Positions 39,255 through 48,671 of a DNA stretch of 64,000 bases are shown one piece after another; the first letter of the stretch is position 1, and every line of letters begins with the position of its first letter. This DNA comes from an uncultured Pseudobdellovibrionaceae bacterium. GTDB taxonomy: Bacteria > Bdellovibrionota > Bdellovibrionia > Bdellovibrionales > UBA1609. The DNA is taken from contig CAWDNU010000003.1 of assembly GCA_963803705.1 (NCBI GenBank), forward strand, positions 128,001 to 192,000, read 5' to 3'. Under the pieces are notes generated by a model that made no database searches, was not told the DNA's origin, and saw only the letters and a list, made by a program, of their open reading frames with translations. The position numbers and the translations under genes are program-made.

Positions 39255-41702
39255 CTAGTAAGTGTATCCTAAGCCACCGCCCCAAGTGTCATAGGTCTCG
39301 TTGTAGTTAGCTACAAATGATAGATTTTTATTCTGTCTATATTCTAACTCGGTATAGAATCTTCGAATCGAGCTATATTCAAAGTTAAATTGAAGTTTAT
39401 CTGTAAGTTGTATTTCGTTTGCAAATTCCAATTCATATTTTTTCTCATCCATTAGAGGCTGATATTTAAAATCGACACTTATACGAAGTGGTAAAATCCA
39501 AGTGAACCCAAGTGTAGGTGAGACGTCGTATTGACCTTGTTTGCCTTCAGTTCTGCCACCTACATATAAACTTAAAAATCTTGTGAATGTACGCGCAGCG
39601 TGAAATTCCCCTTCTAAGTCTTCATCGTAGTTACCAATCACATCATATTCGAACATATAGTAAGAGTTAAAAATTTTACCTTCTAAGCGAGAGTAATTGG
39701 ATTGGGCAAGTAATTTACTACTTAAAAAGAATTGATCGGTATAATTAAATTCTTTTGAGTTCTTTCTTGCGATCTCAAGCTCTTTTGGTCCTGGGTTGTC
39801 TTCATAGCGAACAATTCGAGTCATGCCGTCCATCATATGGTAAAGAATGTGACAGTGAAAAAACCAGTCTTTTTCTTCATTGGCTTCAAACTCGATGACC
39901 ACTGTGCTCAGTGGGGCAACATTTACTGTATGTTTTAACACAGACCACTTACCTTGATTGGTCATCACCCTAAAAAAATGTCCATGTAAATGCATTGGAT
40001 GGTTCATCATAGTGGTGTTCTTCATTTCAAATCGAACACGTTCGCCTTTTTTAATTTTAATATAAGTTTCAGGTCCTAGAGGTCTGCCATTAATAGACCA
40101 GACGTAGTTTTCCATATTACCGTTCAAGGTGAAGGGTATAATCCTTAGCTTTTGATTTTTTTTGAGATCAATTGGCTCTTTGGCTTTAAGTAAACCATAG
40201 GTAAGTTCATAAAATAAATTGTCTTCAATTTTATTGTTTTCAATTGCTTTTATAGATTGATTCATAATTCGAAAACTATCTTCAGGATTCATTTTCATTG
40301 AGTCTGAGATCATAGAATTTGAAGACATTTCTTCATGACTCATATCTTTATTCATATCCATATGGTCGTGGGTTGTCTTGGACATCTTCATTTTAGAGTC
40401 CATCATGGGCATCAATTCACTCATTGTAGGTAATTCGTATTCATTTTTAAATTTATATTTCAGATCTTTGGGGATATCTTTAAATTCATTTTTATAAGTC
40501 ATGAAAAACTCATTCCAAAATCCTGCTTTAGGCATCCCCATCATTGCACCCATAGTGACACCAATAGGATTTATGAATGGCATCTTGGGCGCCGAAATTT
40601 TATTTTTACCAGATCCTAGCCAAACCGAAGAGTAACCAGAGTTATCAAATGATGTAGCCCTTAACTCTAATTTTGAATCTTCTTTTAACTCAACTACTAT
40701 GTCATAAGTTTCTGCAACACTTATAGGTAGGATTTTAACTGATACAGGTTCAACGGGAAGGCCGTCGGTTCCAATCACTGTCATTTTATCACCAGCAAAT
40801 GTTAGTTTAAAAATACTTGAGGCCGAACCATTTATAATTCTAAGTTTTACTTTTTTATTATCTTTAGCGACTAATTTTTGTTTACTTTTATTATTAGATT
40901 TAGGTTTATTGAATTTAGAATTATATGATGGAAAGGAATCATTTAAGCTTGAGTCGTCAAAGAGATCAATAGACTGTTTGCCATTTGCTGTAAAAAAATC
41001 ATATGCAATGTCTGCGTAATCCATGCCCCCCATTCGCTGTAAACTATTTCTAAATTTAACTCCAGCATTATTTGTTTTAAATGCTTTAAGCCAAGATTGA
41101 ACAGTATCTTTTTTTAAATCGTAGTATTCGCCGTCTTTTTTAAGATTCTTATGAATATCTTTCCCAGTTTCTTTTGAAAGATCAGATAAAATAATAGTTC
41201 TTTCAGGTATAGAATCAGAATTTGTTTTTTCAGGTAAAATTTTAAAAGAGCCATACACACCATCCTGTTCTTGGAACATCACATGAGAGTGATACCAATA
41301 GGTCCCTGTTTGGTTGATCCTGAATTCGTAAATTTTTGTAGAATTTGGTTCTATTGGTAATGAATTAACAAAAGGAACTCCGTCTTGATCATTTTTAATT
41401 AAAATCCCATGCCAATGAATTAAAGTTGGTTTCGAAAGTTTGTTATTGACTGTTATCTTTGCGGTGTCCCCAAATTTGAAGGTCAATTCTGGCGCTGGAA
41501 TTGTGCCATTAACAAGAACTCGGTTTTTAAAAACAATCCCACCAGTTTCATAACTTCCTTCTGTCAAAGTTAACTCATACTCGACTGTTGAACCAATGTC
41601 TGAAGCTCCAAAAGACAATAACGGACAGACAAGAATTAAAAGAAAAAAAGTTTTGCTATTAATAAATAATCTAAAAATGTTGTACATAAGATTTCTTAAC
41701 AT
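39255..41702 (-). CDS. Multicopper oxidase (CopA/PcoA-like) with Met-rich linker and C-terminal beta-barrel-like extension
   Basis: HWHG, YWYHSH, HPMHLHGH, HCHILYHM; last ~160 aa have alternating beta-strand pattern ending GLGYTY. Confidence 0.88.
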   Translation of the reverse strand: MLRNLMYNIFRLFINSKTFFLLILVCPLLSFGASDIGSTVEYELTLTEGSYETGGIVFKNRVLVNGTIPAPELTFKFGDTAKITVNNKLSKPTLIHWHGILIKNDQDGVPFVNSLPIEPNSTKIYEFRINQTGTYWYHSHVMFQEQDGVYGSFKILPEKTNSDSIPERTIILSDLSKETGKDIHKNLKKDGEYYDLKKDTVQSWLKAFKTNNAGVKFRNSLQRMGGMDYADIAYDFFTANGKQSIDLFDDSSLNDSFPSYNSKFNKPKSNNKSKQKLVAKDNKKVKLRIINGSASSIFKLTFAGDKMTVIGTDGLPVEPVSVKILPISVAETYDIVVELKEDSKLELRATSFDNSGYSSVWLGSGKNKISAPKMPFINPIGVTMGAMMGMPKAGFWNEFFMTYKNEFKDIPKDLKYKFKNEYELPTMSELMPMMDSKMKMSKTTHDHMDMNKDMSHEEMSSNSMISDSMKMNPEDSFRIMNQSIKAIENNKIEDNLFYELTYGLLKAKEPIDLKKNQKLRIIPFTLNGNMENYVWSINGRPLGPETYIKIKKGERVRFEMKNTTMMNHPMHLHGHFFRVMTNQGKWSVLKHTVNVAPLSTVVIEFEANEEKDWFFHCHILYHMMDGMTRIVRYEDNPGPKELEIARKNSKEFNYTDQFFLSSKLLAQSNYSRLEGKIFNSYYMFEYDVIGNYDEDLEGEFHAARTFTRFLSLYVGGRTEGKQGQYDVSPTLGFTWILPLRISVDFKYQPLMDEKKYELEFANEIQLTDKLQFNFEYSSIRRFYTELEYRQNKNLSFVANYNETYDTWGGGLGYTY

Positions 41703-41708
41703 GAATTT

Positions 41709-41740
41709 ACATTTGATTAAACTAAAACCTTATCAAATGT
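41709..41740. promoter_or_regulatory. Inverted repeat just upstream of the multicopper oxidase, candidate operator
   Basis: ACATTTGAT-14 nt-ATCAAATGT. Confidence 0.4.
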
Positions 41741-42150
41741 TTATGTTAATATAAATTGTGTAAATAATTACAAATATTAAATTGATTATTCTGATAGAAA
41801 TTTCTATCAAGAGATCATAATTTCTATAGTTAAACAAAAAATATTCGACAATAAAAGTATTAAGCATATTGTGAATTTAATTCTAGATAAAGATCTTTTG
41901 ATAATGTTGCAAATATCAACTGATTTTAACTTAAGAGTCAGCCTAATGCTGTAGACATAAAATACACTCTTTAATGGCTATGTAAGCGTTTTTTTGATGC
42001 ATCTGCTTTGCTAATTCTTGGTCTGCATTGTTGGGTTAATATAATTTCGCACTTTTTTAAGAAAAAACATAACTACTTTATAATGGTTCTTGACAGTTCT
42101 AATGGGAGTATTAACCTTTGTTAAATATCTGTTTTACTCTTGGGGGTTGT

Positions 42151-42888
42151 ATGAAGCAAAACTTTTTGATTTTTATTTTTTCTGTATTAGTTTCATCTGT
42201 AGCAAATGCTCAAATTAAATTTAACTCAATTATAAATGAAGCTGTCGGAAACAGTAACCTATCTTATCAGTTTGAGTTGGTTGATGAAAATACTTCGCAG
42301 CATATCACTGAAAATAACCTTGTAGAAACTCATACTAAAATATTACATTTTATTGTTTACGATGCTTCTTTAAATGAATTCAATCATGTTCATCCAAATT
42401 TTACAGGTACTGAATGGAGTGTTGAACTGAATCTACCTGTAAATGGAAATTACACGCTGTGGGCGCAGGGTCAAACTGCTGACGGAACCGAGTTTTCGGT
42501 CTCTAGAAATTTAATAATTTATAATGGTGCATCAGAGTGGCCAGTTATGAATTTGGTAGATAATAGGGTTGGAATAGATGGCAATACTAAATTAGAACTC
42601 ACTTCAAAAAATATAAAAGCGGGACAAATGGTCATGCTTGATTTTAGTGTTTCGCACACAGATGGATCATTGCCAAATATGAGTCCTTATTTGGGTGCAT
42701 TTGCCCATGTGATTGCCACAAAGCTTGGGGGTAATGAACTTATTCATGTTCATCCCATGGAAGGCAAAGTTCTAAACAGTGGAATTCTGCATTCGGTTTT
42801 TCCTGAATCAGGTGAATATCGTTTATGGATTCAGTTTATTGATAATGGAGAGCTTAAAACATTTTCATTGTCTGTAGATGTAAATTAG
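42151..42888 (+). CDS. Secreted protein with two HVHP-containing Ig-like repeats, probably metal-binding
   Basis: Signal peptide ending ANA; HTKILHF...FNHVHP and PYLGAFAH...IHVHP...YRLWIQF. GGGGG before ATG 42151. Confidence 0.6.
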   Translation: MKQNFLIFIFSVLVSSVANAQIKFNSIINEAVGNSNLSYQFELVDENTSQHITENNLVETHTKILHFIVYDASLNEFNHVHPNFTGTEWSVELNLPVNGNYTLWAQGQTADGTEFSVSRNLIIYNGASEWPVMNLVDNRVGIDGNTKLELTSKNIKAGQMVMLDFSVSHTDGSLPNMSPYLGAFAHVIATKLGGNELIHVHPMEGKVLNSGILHSVFPESGEYRLWIQFIDNGELKTFSLSVDVN

Positions 42889-43213
42889 ATTGTAAATAAT
42901 TAAAAAAAATCTTTTTACAAAATTACTAGGATAGAAAGTTGCTTTCGTGTAAAATCGAATTTATTTAAAATATCAATTACATATAAGCGATAGCAAATGC
43001 AGAGAAGCTTTCTGAGATGAGTGGTATGAAAAGTTTGTGGGTTAAAGATGGGGAATGAGACATGCGCTGTACCTCTCATTCTGATCTTTGATGGAACAAA
43101 AGCTGGAAAACATAACATTCTACAGGATTTTAGAAAAATTTTTGGGAAATAGTATAAAATCTTGAGATCTGGCAACAGGTGTCACATGGATCAAATCTGA
43201 TAATATCCAGTAG

Positions 43214-43396
43214 TCATTTCTCCCAATCATAACTTTTTTTAGTCAAACTTTGGTTAAAATTACTTAAATCATTTTGTCCTCGTTTCAGAAGCAAGATGCT
43301 TTCCTTTTTAAAAAACGCATAAGTTTCTTTAGCTCCCAAAGCCAATGTCATGCAAAAGGCCACTGCGATTACAGCGTCTATAATTTCTTTTATCAT
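43214..43396 (-). CDS. Small membrane-anchored hypothetical protein
   Basis: GGAG RBS, N-terminal hydrophobic helix, 60 aa. Confidence 0.5.
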   Translation of the reverse strand: MIKEIIDAVIAVAFCMTLALGAKETYAFFKKESILLLKRGQNDLSNFNQSLTKKSYDWEK

Positions 43397-43483
43397 TTTG
43401 ATTCTCCAATAAGTTTTGATTTAATTTTTTGTTTTTGAAGAATCGAGAGAATTAGAATGACATCTGAATTTATAACTTTTGAG

Positions 43484-43513
43484 GGGTGTCACAAGGGTGT
43501 CAAAAAGGCATCA
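43484..43513. repeat. Direct repeats with 11-bp period near the island end
   Basis: GGGTGTCA-caa-GGGTGTCA-aaa-AGGCATCA. Confidence 0.55.
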
Positions 43514-43634
43514 AAAGAAGAAATACAGAGAAATTTGCTGAAATATTAGACTACGAAGTCTTGCTCAGATTGAATCTACTAAGTGTAGACAGTTATTTGT
43601 GTTTTTTGTTTTTGCTTTTTCTACTTTCTAAAAA

Positions 43635-43711
43635 TGGCGGAGCGGACGGGACTCGAACCCGCGACCTCCGGCGTGACAGGCCAGCATTCTAACCAACTAA
43701 ACTACCACTCC
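43635..43711 (-). tRNA. tRNA-Asp(GTC)
   Basis: GGAGTGGTAGTTTAGTTGGTTAGAATGCTGGCCTGTCACGCCGGAGGTCGCGGGTTCGAGTCCCGTCCGCTCCGCCA: 77 nt, acceptor stem, GTC anticodon, GTTCGA T-loop, encoded CCA. Confidence 0.97.
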
Positions 43712-43870
43712 GCGTAAGCCATAAGTGTTATCCATTAATTTGACTTTAGTAAAGCTTAAAAATGTAAAATTCTGGGGGTTGCGTTAAATACCACATCATC
43801 AACTAGAGGGATGTCTAGCTAAAGGGCAGTTTGCTCTTTTCCTATCTGAAACATAAGTCATACTAGTAAG

Positions 43871-44869
43871 ATGTCCTTTGCTAATAAAGTTCGCGAATTT
43901 TTCTACACCAAAGGTCCTGCTCGTATGCTTAGAGTCCTGACCAGACGCCTTTTCTTAGTATATATATTTGCTCAGTTTTTTTTGATTTTTGGAACTCCTT
44001 ACATAGGCAATGATTTCAACTACGATGTTAAAGCTGGCAAACTGAAGTTTGCTCAACTGGTCACAGACCCTGCAGTTATAAAAGAGCAGCTTCGTCCTAA
44101 AACTGAAAAGAAATATTCAGGTAAAATGATCAAGTCTAGATATAGCATTTGCTACGTACATGGTTTTTCAGCTAGTCGAAAAGACCTTGAACCTGTGGTT
44201 TCTCGAGTTGCTAATCAACTGGATGCAAACTTGTTTTTTACCAGGTTGTCTGGACATGGTTACAAGCATCCAGATATTTTGAAAAAAGTAACTGCACAAA
44301 ATTGGATTCAAGACACAATTGAGTGTTTAGAAGTAGCGGCTCGAACCGGTGATAAGGTCGTGCTTATGGGCACAAGCTTGGGTGCAGCTCTGGCAAGCCT
44401 GGTAGCTATCAACACAAACTACAAGATCCATTCATTGATTTTAGCCTCACCTTACTTTGGGATTAATGACCCTAAGGCAGATTTGCTGGCAGGATATTTA
44501 GGCGGATACATTGCTGATATATACTTTAAGGGGTATCGCAGCTTCAAACCCATTAATCCAGAGCAGGGTGAGTATTGGACAACCACCTATCCTGCATCTA
44601 TTTTAAAACAGGTCATGATTGTCAACATGGCAATAAGGCAATCCGATTTTGCAAGACTCAATATGCCGGTGTTTATAGCGTATTCCACAAAAGATGAGGT
44701 CATAGATATAGGTAAAATTCTTGCTAAGTATGAAGACATTCAAACTCAAAAACGTCTAGACAAAGATCCCACATATTTGTCTCATGTCTTAGCTGGTGAT
44801 ATTGTAAATCCTCGGGGAAACGCTCAGTTACAGAAAAACATTTATAGTTTCATCAAAGCGAATTACTAA
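43871..44869 (+). CDS. Alpha/beta hydrolase (esterase/lysophospholipase-like)
   Basis: VHGFSAS, RLSGHG, GTSLG nucleophile elbow, DEVI, SHVL. Confidence 0.85.
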   Translation: MSFANKVREFFYTKGPARMLRVLTRRLFLVYIFAQFFLIFGTPYIGNDFNYDVKAGKLKFAQLVTDPAVIKEQLRPKTEKKYSGKMIKSRYSICYVHGFSASRKDLEPVVSRVANQLDANLFFTRLSGHGYKHPDILKKVTAQNWIQDTIECLEVAARTGDKVVLMGTSLGAALASLVAINTNYKIHSLILASPYFGINDPKADLLAGYLGGYIADIYFKGYRSFKPINPEQGEYWTTTYPASILKQVMIVNMAIRQSDFARLNMPVFIAYSTKDEVIDIGKILAKYEDIQTQKRLDKDPTYLSHVLAGDIVNPRGNAQLQKNIYSFIKANY

Positions 44870-47208
44870 TGAATTTAATTAACTTTTTAACTTTTGGTAT
44901 CCTCTTTTTTTTTATAAATTCTTCTTGTAGTTTTAGGCAAAAAACTTACAGTGCTAATGATCGTATTAGACACTTTCAAAGTATCAAACTTCGAACTGAT
45001 CAGCCTGTGGAAGTCCTTTGGACTAGAAACTTGATTCCCCGAATTCAAGCTAAAAATTCGAAAGATCTATTTTACACCCTAGGAGCAGTTCAAGCTCATT
45101 TAAGGCGTAACCAACTAGAAATGTATAGAAAGCTTTCGAAAGGAGCTGTCTCGGAAATGACGGGCCCCGTGGCCATAAAAATAGATAGATTCTTAAAGTC
45201 CATCGACTTCGAACATGCTGCAAAAGTTAGTATAAAGACAATGTCTAAAGACTCTTTAGATATTTTAAAGTGGTTAGCAAAAGGCATAAATGATTACATC
45301 TCCCAATCAAAATACAGATCTAAGGACCTACGTATAATGAATATCGTAGATAAGCCTTGGACAGTACTAGATCTAGTCCGGGTTTATAAGTTCACTTCGG
45401 TGGATGTCAACTGGATGGTGTTAGCCCAGCTTCTAGAGTTCAAAAGCACAAAATTTTTAGAAAAAGTCTGGTCGCTTAAAGTGAGTGAAAAAGATTTTTT
45501 TGATGAATTTTTAAAAGAGCACAACTTAAAGAATTATGAAAAATTAAAGGATTCAAAGTCTGACCCAATATCTAAAGCTCTTTTGGATATAAATATGCAA
45601 GATCACAGTCACACTATGGATCTATCTTTTTTGGATCAGCTGCAAAGCACTACAAAGGCTGGTAGTAACGCATTCGCAGTCAGTGGCTTAAACACAATCT
45701 CTAAATCTGCGATAATTTCTAACGACCCACATTTAGGTTTGGTGATCCCTAATATTTGGCTTTTTGTGGTTTTAGATTCTCCTGAATATCAGACTATGGG
45801 GTATGTGATTCCATCATTCCCGGTGCCTGTAATAGGGAGAAATCAAAACATAGGCTGGGGTGGTACAAATTTGTGGGGATTAAGCACTTTTCCGGTTCGT
45901 TTAACGGACGTGGAACAAACCCAGGTTGTTGAAACAAAAAAACCTCTAAAAGTGCGCTTTTGGCCAGATCAAGAAATTTCTACGTACAAATTGGGTGACT
46001 ATCCTGTGTTTAAAGCTAGCGATTTTCCACAACTAGGATCAGAGGACATTGTTTTTAGGTGGCAAGGCTTTAAGCCTTCAAGCGAACTGCAAGCTTTTTT
46101 AGATGTAAATAGAGCAAAAAATTTTGACGAATTTCATCAAGCGTTTGAGTCTTACGGCGTCGCAGGTATGACGTTTGTATTTGGTGATAAACTTGGAAAC
46201 ATAGGTAAGCTTACAGCTTTAGCGCAACCCCAAGTTAAAAAGTTAAAGGTGCTTTATAACTCAGAAGATTTCTCAGAATCACTTCTTACATCTAAAACTT
46301 TACCATTGCAATACAATCCAAAATTAAATTTTTTAGTTAGTGCAAACGATTACACAAAGGGTTTGAAACAACCAATGTCTTTATTCCAAGCTCCTGATGA
46401 CCGCAAAGAGCGAATGAGCTTTTTACTTAACTCGCAGACCAGCTTTAACTTAGAGTCAGTTAAAAGCCTTCATAAAGATGTTTTTTCCGCAACAGCACTC
46501 AGTTTAAAAAATAGCTTAGTTAGTTATTTAAAGCGCACAAATTGGATTAAAGATTCGCAAATGACAAATTTTAAAATCTTGGCAGCTTGGGATGGCAACT
46601 ATTTTGTTGAATCTAAAGGTGCTTTGCTTTTCGAGGTTTTTTTGGCTGCGTGGTCAAAAGATATCTCGGACAACCTTGTGCTTAAAGATATAAAATCAAA
46701 ATCTCTAAAAAACAAAGCATTCAACTTTCTAGTGAAAAATTTTAACTACAGAAAATTTTTAGAAAACTCACTAACTGAAACTAGTTTTTTTAATAAAAAT
46801 AAATTTCAAAAGTATTTTACTCGTGCGGAATTTATATTAAATAAATATAAAAGTTGGGGTGAATTTCACCAACTTGATCTAAGACACCCTCTAGGCAACC
46901 TAAAAGTTTTTAAATATCACTACTCATACACTAAAGCACCATGGCCTGGCGGCAATGAAACACTGATGAAAGCGGCACATAAACTTTCAACAAGAACAGG
47001 CAAAGTGTCCTTCGGTGCCCAGGCTAGATGGATGACTGACCTTTCTTCAAATAACGAAAATTACATGGTGTATCTTGGCGGACAAGACGGCTTCATTGGC
47101 TCGGAGAATATGAATGATCTTACTCAGGTATGGAAAAATGGAAATTATTTGCGAGTTCCTTTTGACCGTGTAGAATTTAAAAAAATATCTGCTAATAATG
47201 GCCAATGA
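44869..47208 (+). CDS. Penicillin acylase family (Ntn) hydrolase
   Basis: PRIQA, GSNAFAV, NDPHL, IGRNQNIGWGGTN, GGQDG. Confidence 0.9.
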   Translation: MNLINFLTFGILFFFINSSCSFRQKTYSANDRIRHFQSIKLRTDQPVEVLWTRNLIPRIQAKNSKDLFYTLGAVQAHLRRNQLEMYRKLSKGAVSEMTGPVAIKIDRFLKSIDFEHAAKVSIKTMSKDSLDILKWLAKGINDYISQSKYRSKDLRIMNIVDKPWTVLDLVRVYKFTSVDVNWMVLAQLLEFKSTKFLEKVWSLKVSEKDFFDEFLKEHNLKNYEKLKDSKSDPISKALLDINMQDHSHTMDLSFLDQLQSTTKAGSNAFAVSGLNTISKSAIISNDPHLGLVIPNIWLFVVLDSPEYQTMGYVIPSFPVPVIGRNQNIGWGGTNLWGLSTFPVRLTDVEQTQVVETKKPLKVRFWPDQEISTYKLGDYPVFKASDFPQLGSEDIVFRWQGFKPSSELQAFLDVNRAKNFDEFHQAFESYGVAGMTFVFGDKLGNIGKLTALAQPQVKKLKVLYNSEDFSESLLTSKTLPLQYNPKLNFLVSANDYTKGLKQPMSLFQAPDDRKERMSFLLNSQTSFNLESVKSLHKDVFSATALSLKNSLVSYLKRTNWIKDSQMTNFKILAAWDGNYFVESKGALLFEVFLAAWSKDISDNLVLKDIKSKSLKNKAFNFLVKNFNYRKFLENSLTETSFFNKNKFQKYFTRAEFILNKYKSWGEFHQLDLRHPLGNLKVFKYHYSYTKAPWPGGNETLMKAAHKLSTRTGKVSFGAQARWMTDLSSNNENYMVYLGGQDGFIGSENMNDLTQVWKNGNYLRVPFDRVEFKKISANNGQ

Positions 47209-48284
47209 TCAGATACCCCTTGTTGATACTTGCCTAGCTGAAACTTCATGGGCGAGCCCCATTTGTTATTTTGGTACAGACTTCCATTAAATACTCTTAT
47301 TGAGCTTTGATCCAAATTCCATTTTGCATTTTTCGCTTTAAAACTATTTGAAAATAATAAAACATCTAAAAAAGACCAGCTTTTTCTAGGGTGGTAATAT
47401 TGTGTTCCAACACAAGTAGTACATCCAACTAAATGTGACACTAAGAATTGCGGTTTAAGTTTTAAAAAGTAATTCTTTTTTTCTGCTTCGAAAGACGTGA
47501 TGTTAAAATCTCCGCCTGCAACTACTAAGCTGTTTTTAGGTTTGCTTTTCATAAGATGGATAAGTTGTCGCAAAGCTTGTTTTCTAGCAGCAGTCGGCGT
47601 GCCCTGGGACGGAAAATGAACACCAAATATGTAGATGGGTGTCTTATCTGGTAGTTCTAATTGCACCTCAAGTATACCCCTTGTAGTGGGTATACGGCTT
47701 TCGGTAAGTTGGTCTTCAGGTTTAAATTTCAATATATTTAATTTAGGCTTAGACATAACGACAAGCTTTGTTAAAATAGCTACATCAATGCCACGGCGGT
47801 CCGGTCCTTCTAATAAGATTGCGGGATTTGGATAATGCTTTTTCAAATAGCCTTTTCTTAAAGATTCCACGACCGCTAAATTTTCAACCTCTTGCAAGAT
47901 AAGAATATCAGGTCCTTTCCACTTATTACTTTTTAAAATGACGTCAGCTAAACGCTTCATTTTAGAATTTAAAGCGGTTTTGTTCCAATCAAGGGTTAGG
48001 CATTCTGACTGCCAGCTTCTGACCTTTAAACTCTTGCACTTTTTTTTGTGTAGTGGGCTTTTTGTCTTTTTTTTAATAGGCAAGTAGGTTTCATCATTTT
48101 TATTTGGGTCTTCTACTGTATCAAAAAGATTTTCAACATTGTAAGTCATCAAAGTGATTTTTGTTTTAGATTTTACTGGTTTTTCAGATTCATTCAAAAA
48201 AGCGTCAGAACTTTTGTAAAAGAAAAATATAATCAGTCCAAAACAAGCTAACATAATTAGAATTTTGCTTTCTTTTATAACCAT
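47145..48284 (-). CDS. Secreted endonuclease/exonuclease/phosphatase (EEP) family nuclease
   Basis: YNVENLFD, PDILILQEVEN, DRRGIDVA, HFPS, GDFN, SDHWP. Confidence 0.9.
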   Translation of the reverse strand: MVIKESKILIMLACFGLIIFFFYKSSDAFLNESEKPVKSKTKITLMTYNVENLFDTVEDPNKNDETYLPIKKKTKSPLHKKKCKSLKVRSWQSECLTLDWNKTALNSKMKRLADVILKSNKWKGPDILILQEVENLAVVESLRKGYLKKHYPNPAILLEGPDRRGIDVAILTKLVVMSKPKLNILKFKPEDQLTESRIPTTRGILEVQLELPDKTPIYIFGVHFPSQGTPTAARKQALRQLIHLMKSKPKNSLVVAGGDFNITSFEAEKKNYFLKLKPQFLVSHLVGCTTCVGTQYYHPRKSWSFLDVLLFSNSFKAKNAKWNLDQSSIRVFNGSLYQNNKWGSPMKFQLGKYQQGVSDHWPLLADIFLNSTRSKGTRK

Positions 48285-48550
48285 CTAGAGTCCCGGTTAA
48301 GCCTTTAAAGGCTTGTAAAAATTTATTAGGTCAAAGATTAATGCTAAACAATGCACTGCATGGGTTCGATGTGGCTTAAAGCAAGTTATTTGACTTCAAC
48401 GATCTTTAAGACCAGTTACTAACTGCTTAAAGCGGACTTTAGCAAAATGCTTTTATTTTAGGCGCAGTTCATCAAAAACAATTCAAACTGAAGAGGATCA
48501 ATATTAAAAAAACAAGGATTTTTTAAATTAGAATAAAATTAAAGCAAAAT

Positions 48551-48570
48551 TTTGTCAGGCTTGTGTCAAA
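48551..48570 (+). promoter_or_regulatory. Pho-box-like direct repeat
   Basis: TGTCA at 48553 and 48564 (11-bp period), about 105 bp upstream of ATG 48672. Confidence 0.4.
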
Positions 48571-48671
48571 TCCTGCTGCGGGTCGAAATTTTTTTAAATT
48601 TTCCCTGGTGCTTTTGCAAATCGAAGTAGTATCGTCTTAGGCATTGAACATAAGAGGGGATATCAGTTTAA

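Larger units (their letters stand above)
1..43634. mobile_element. Integrative conjugative element / genomic island (left end outside window) carrying heavy-metal resistance cargo
   Basis: T4SS gene cluster at left, stacked metal-resistance cassettes and a gene fragment, ending at the 3' end of tRNA-Asp with housekeeping-type genes beyond. No integrase or relaxase seen in the window. Confidence 0.75.

Noticed and set aside
40290..40430. Met-rich low-complexity stretch as a DNA repeat
   Set aside because: It is the Met/His-rich copper-binding linker typical of these oxidases, not a nucleotide tandem repeat.
42915..43175. 86-aa minus-strand ORF
   Set aside because: No RBS or recognisable motif; the region looks like degenerate sequence with stops in other frames.
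43486..43692. 68-aa plus-strand ORF ending GGADGTRTRDLRRDRPAF
   Set aside because: It is the antisense translation of tRNA-Asp, a common spurious ORF.
48605..48618. Sigma54-like TGGTGCTTTTGC upstream of the barrel gene
   Set aside because: GG-to-GC spacing is 7 nt rather than 10.
48285..48671. Riboswitch or sRNA in the 387-bp intergenic region
   Set aside because: Only a 16-bp palindrome (AAGCCTTTAAAGGCTT) and the TGTCA repeat were seen; no family consensus recognised. An Rfam/Infernal scan would settle it.
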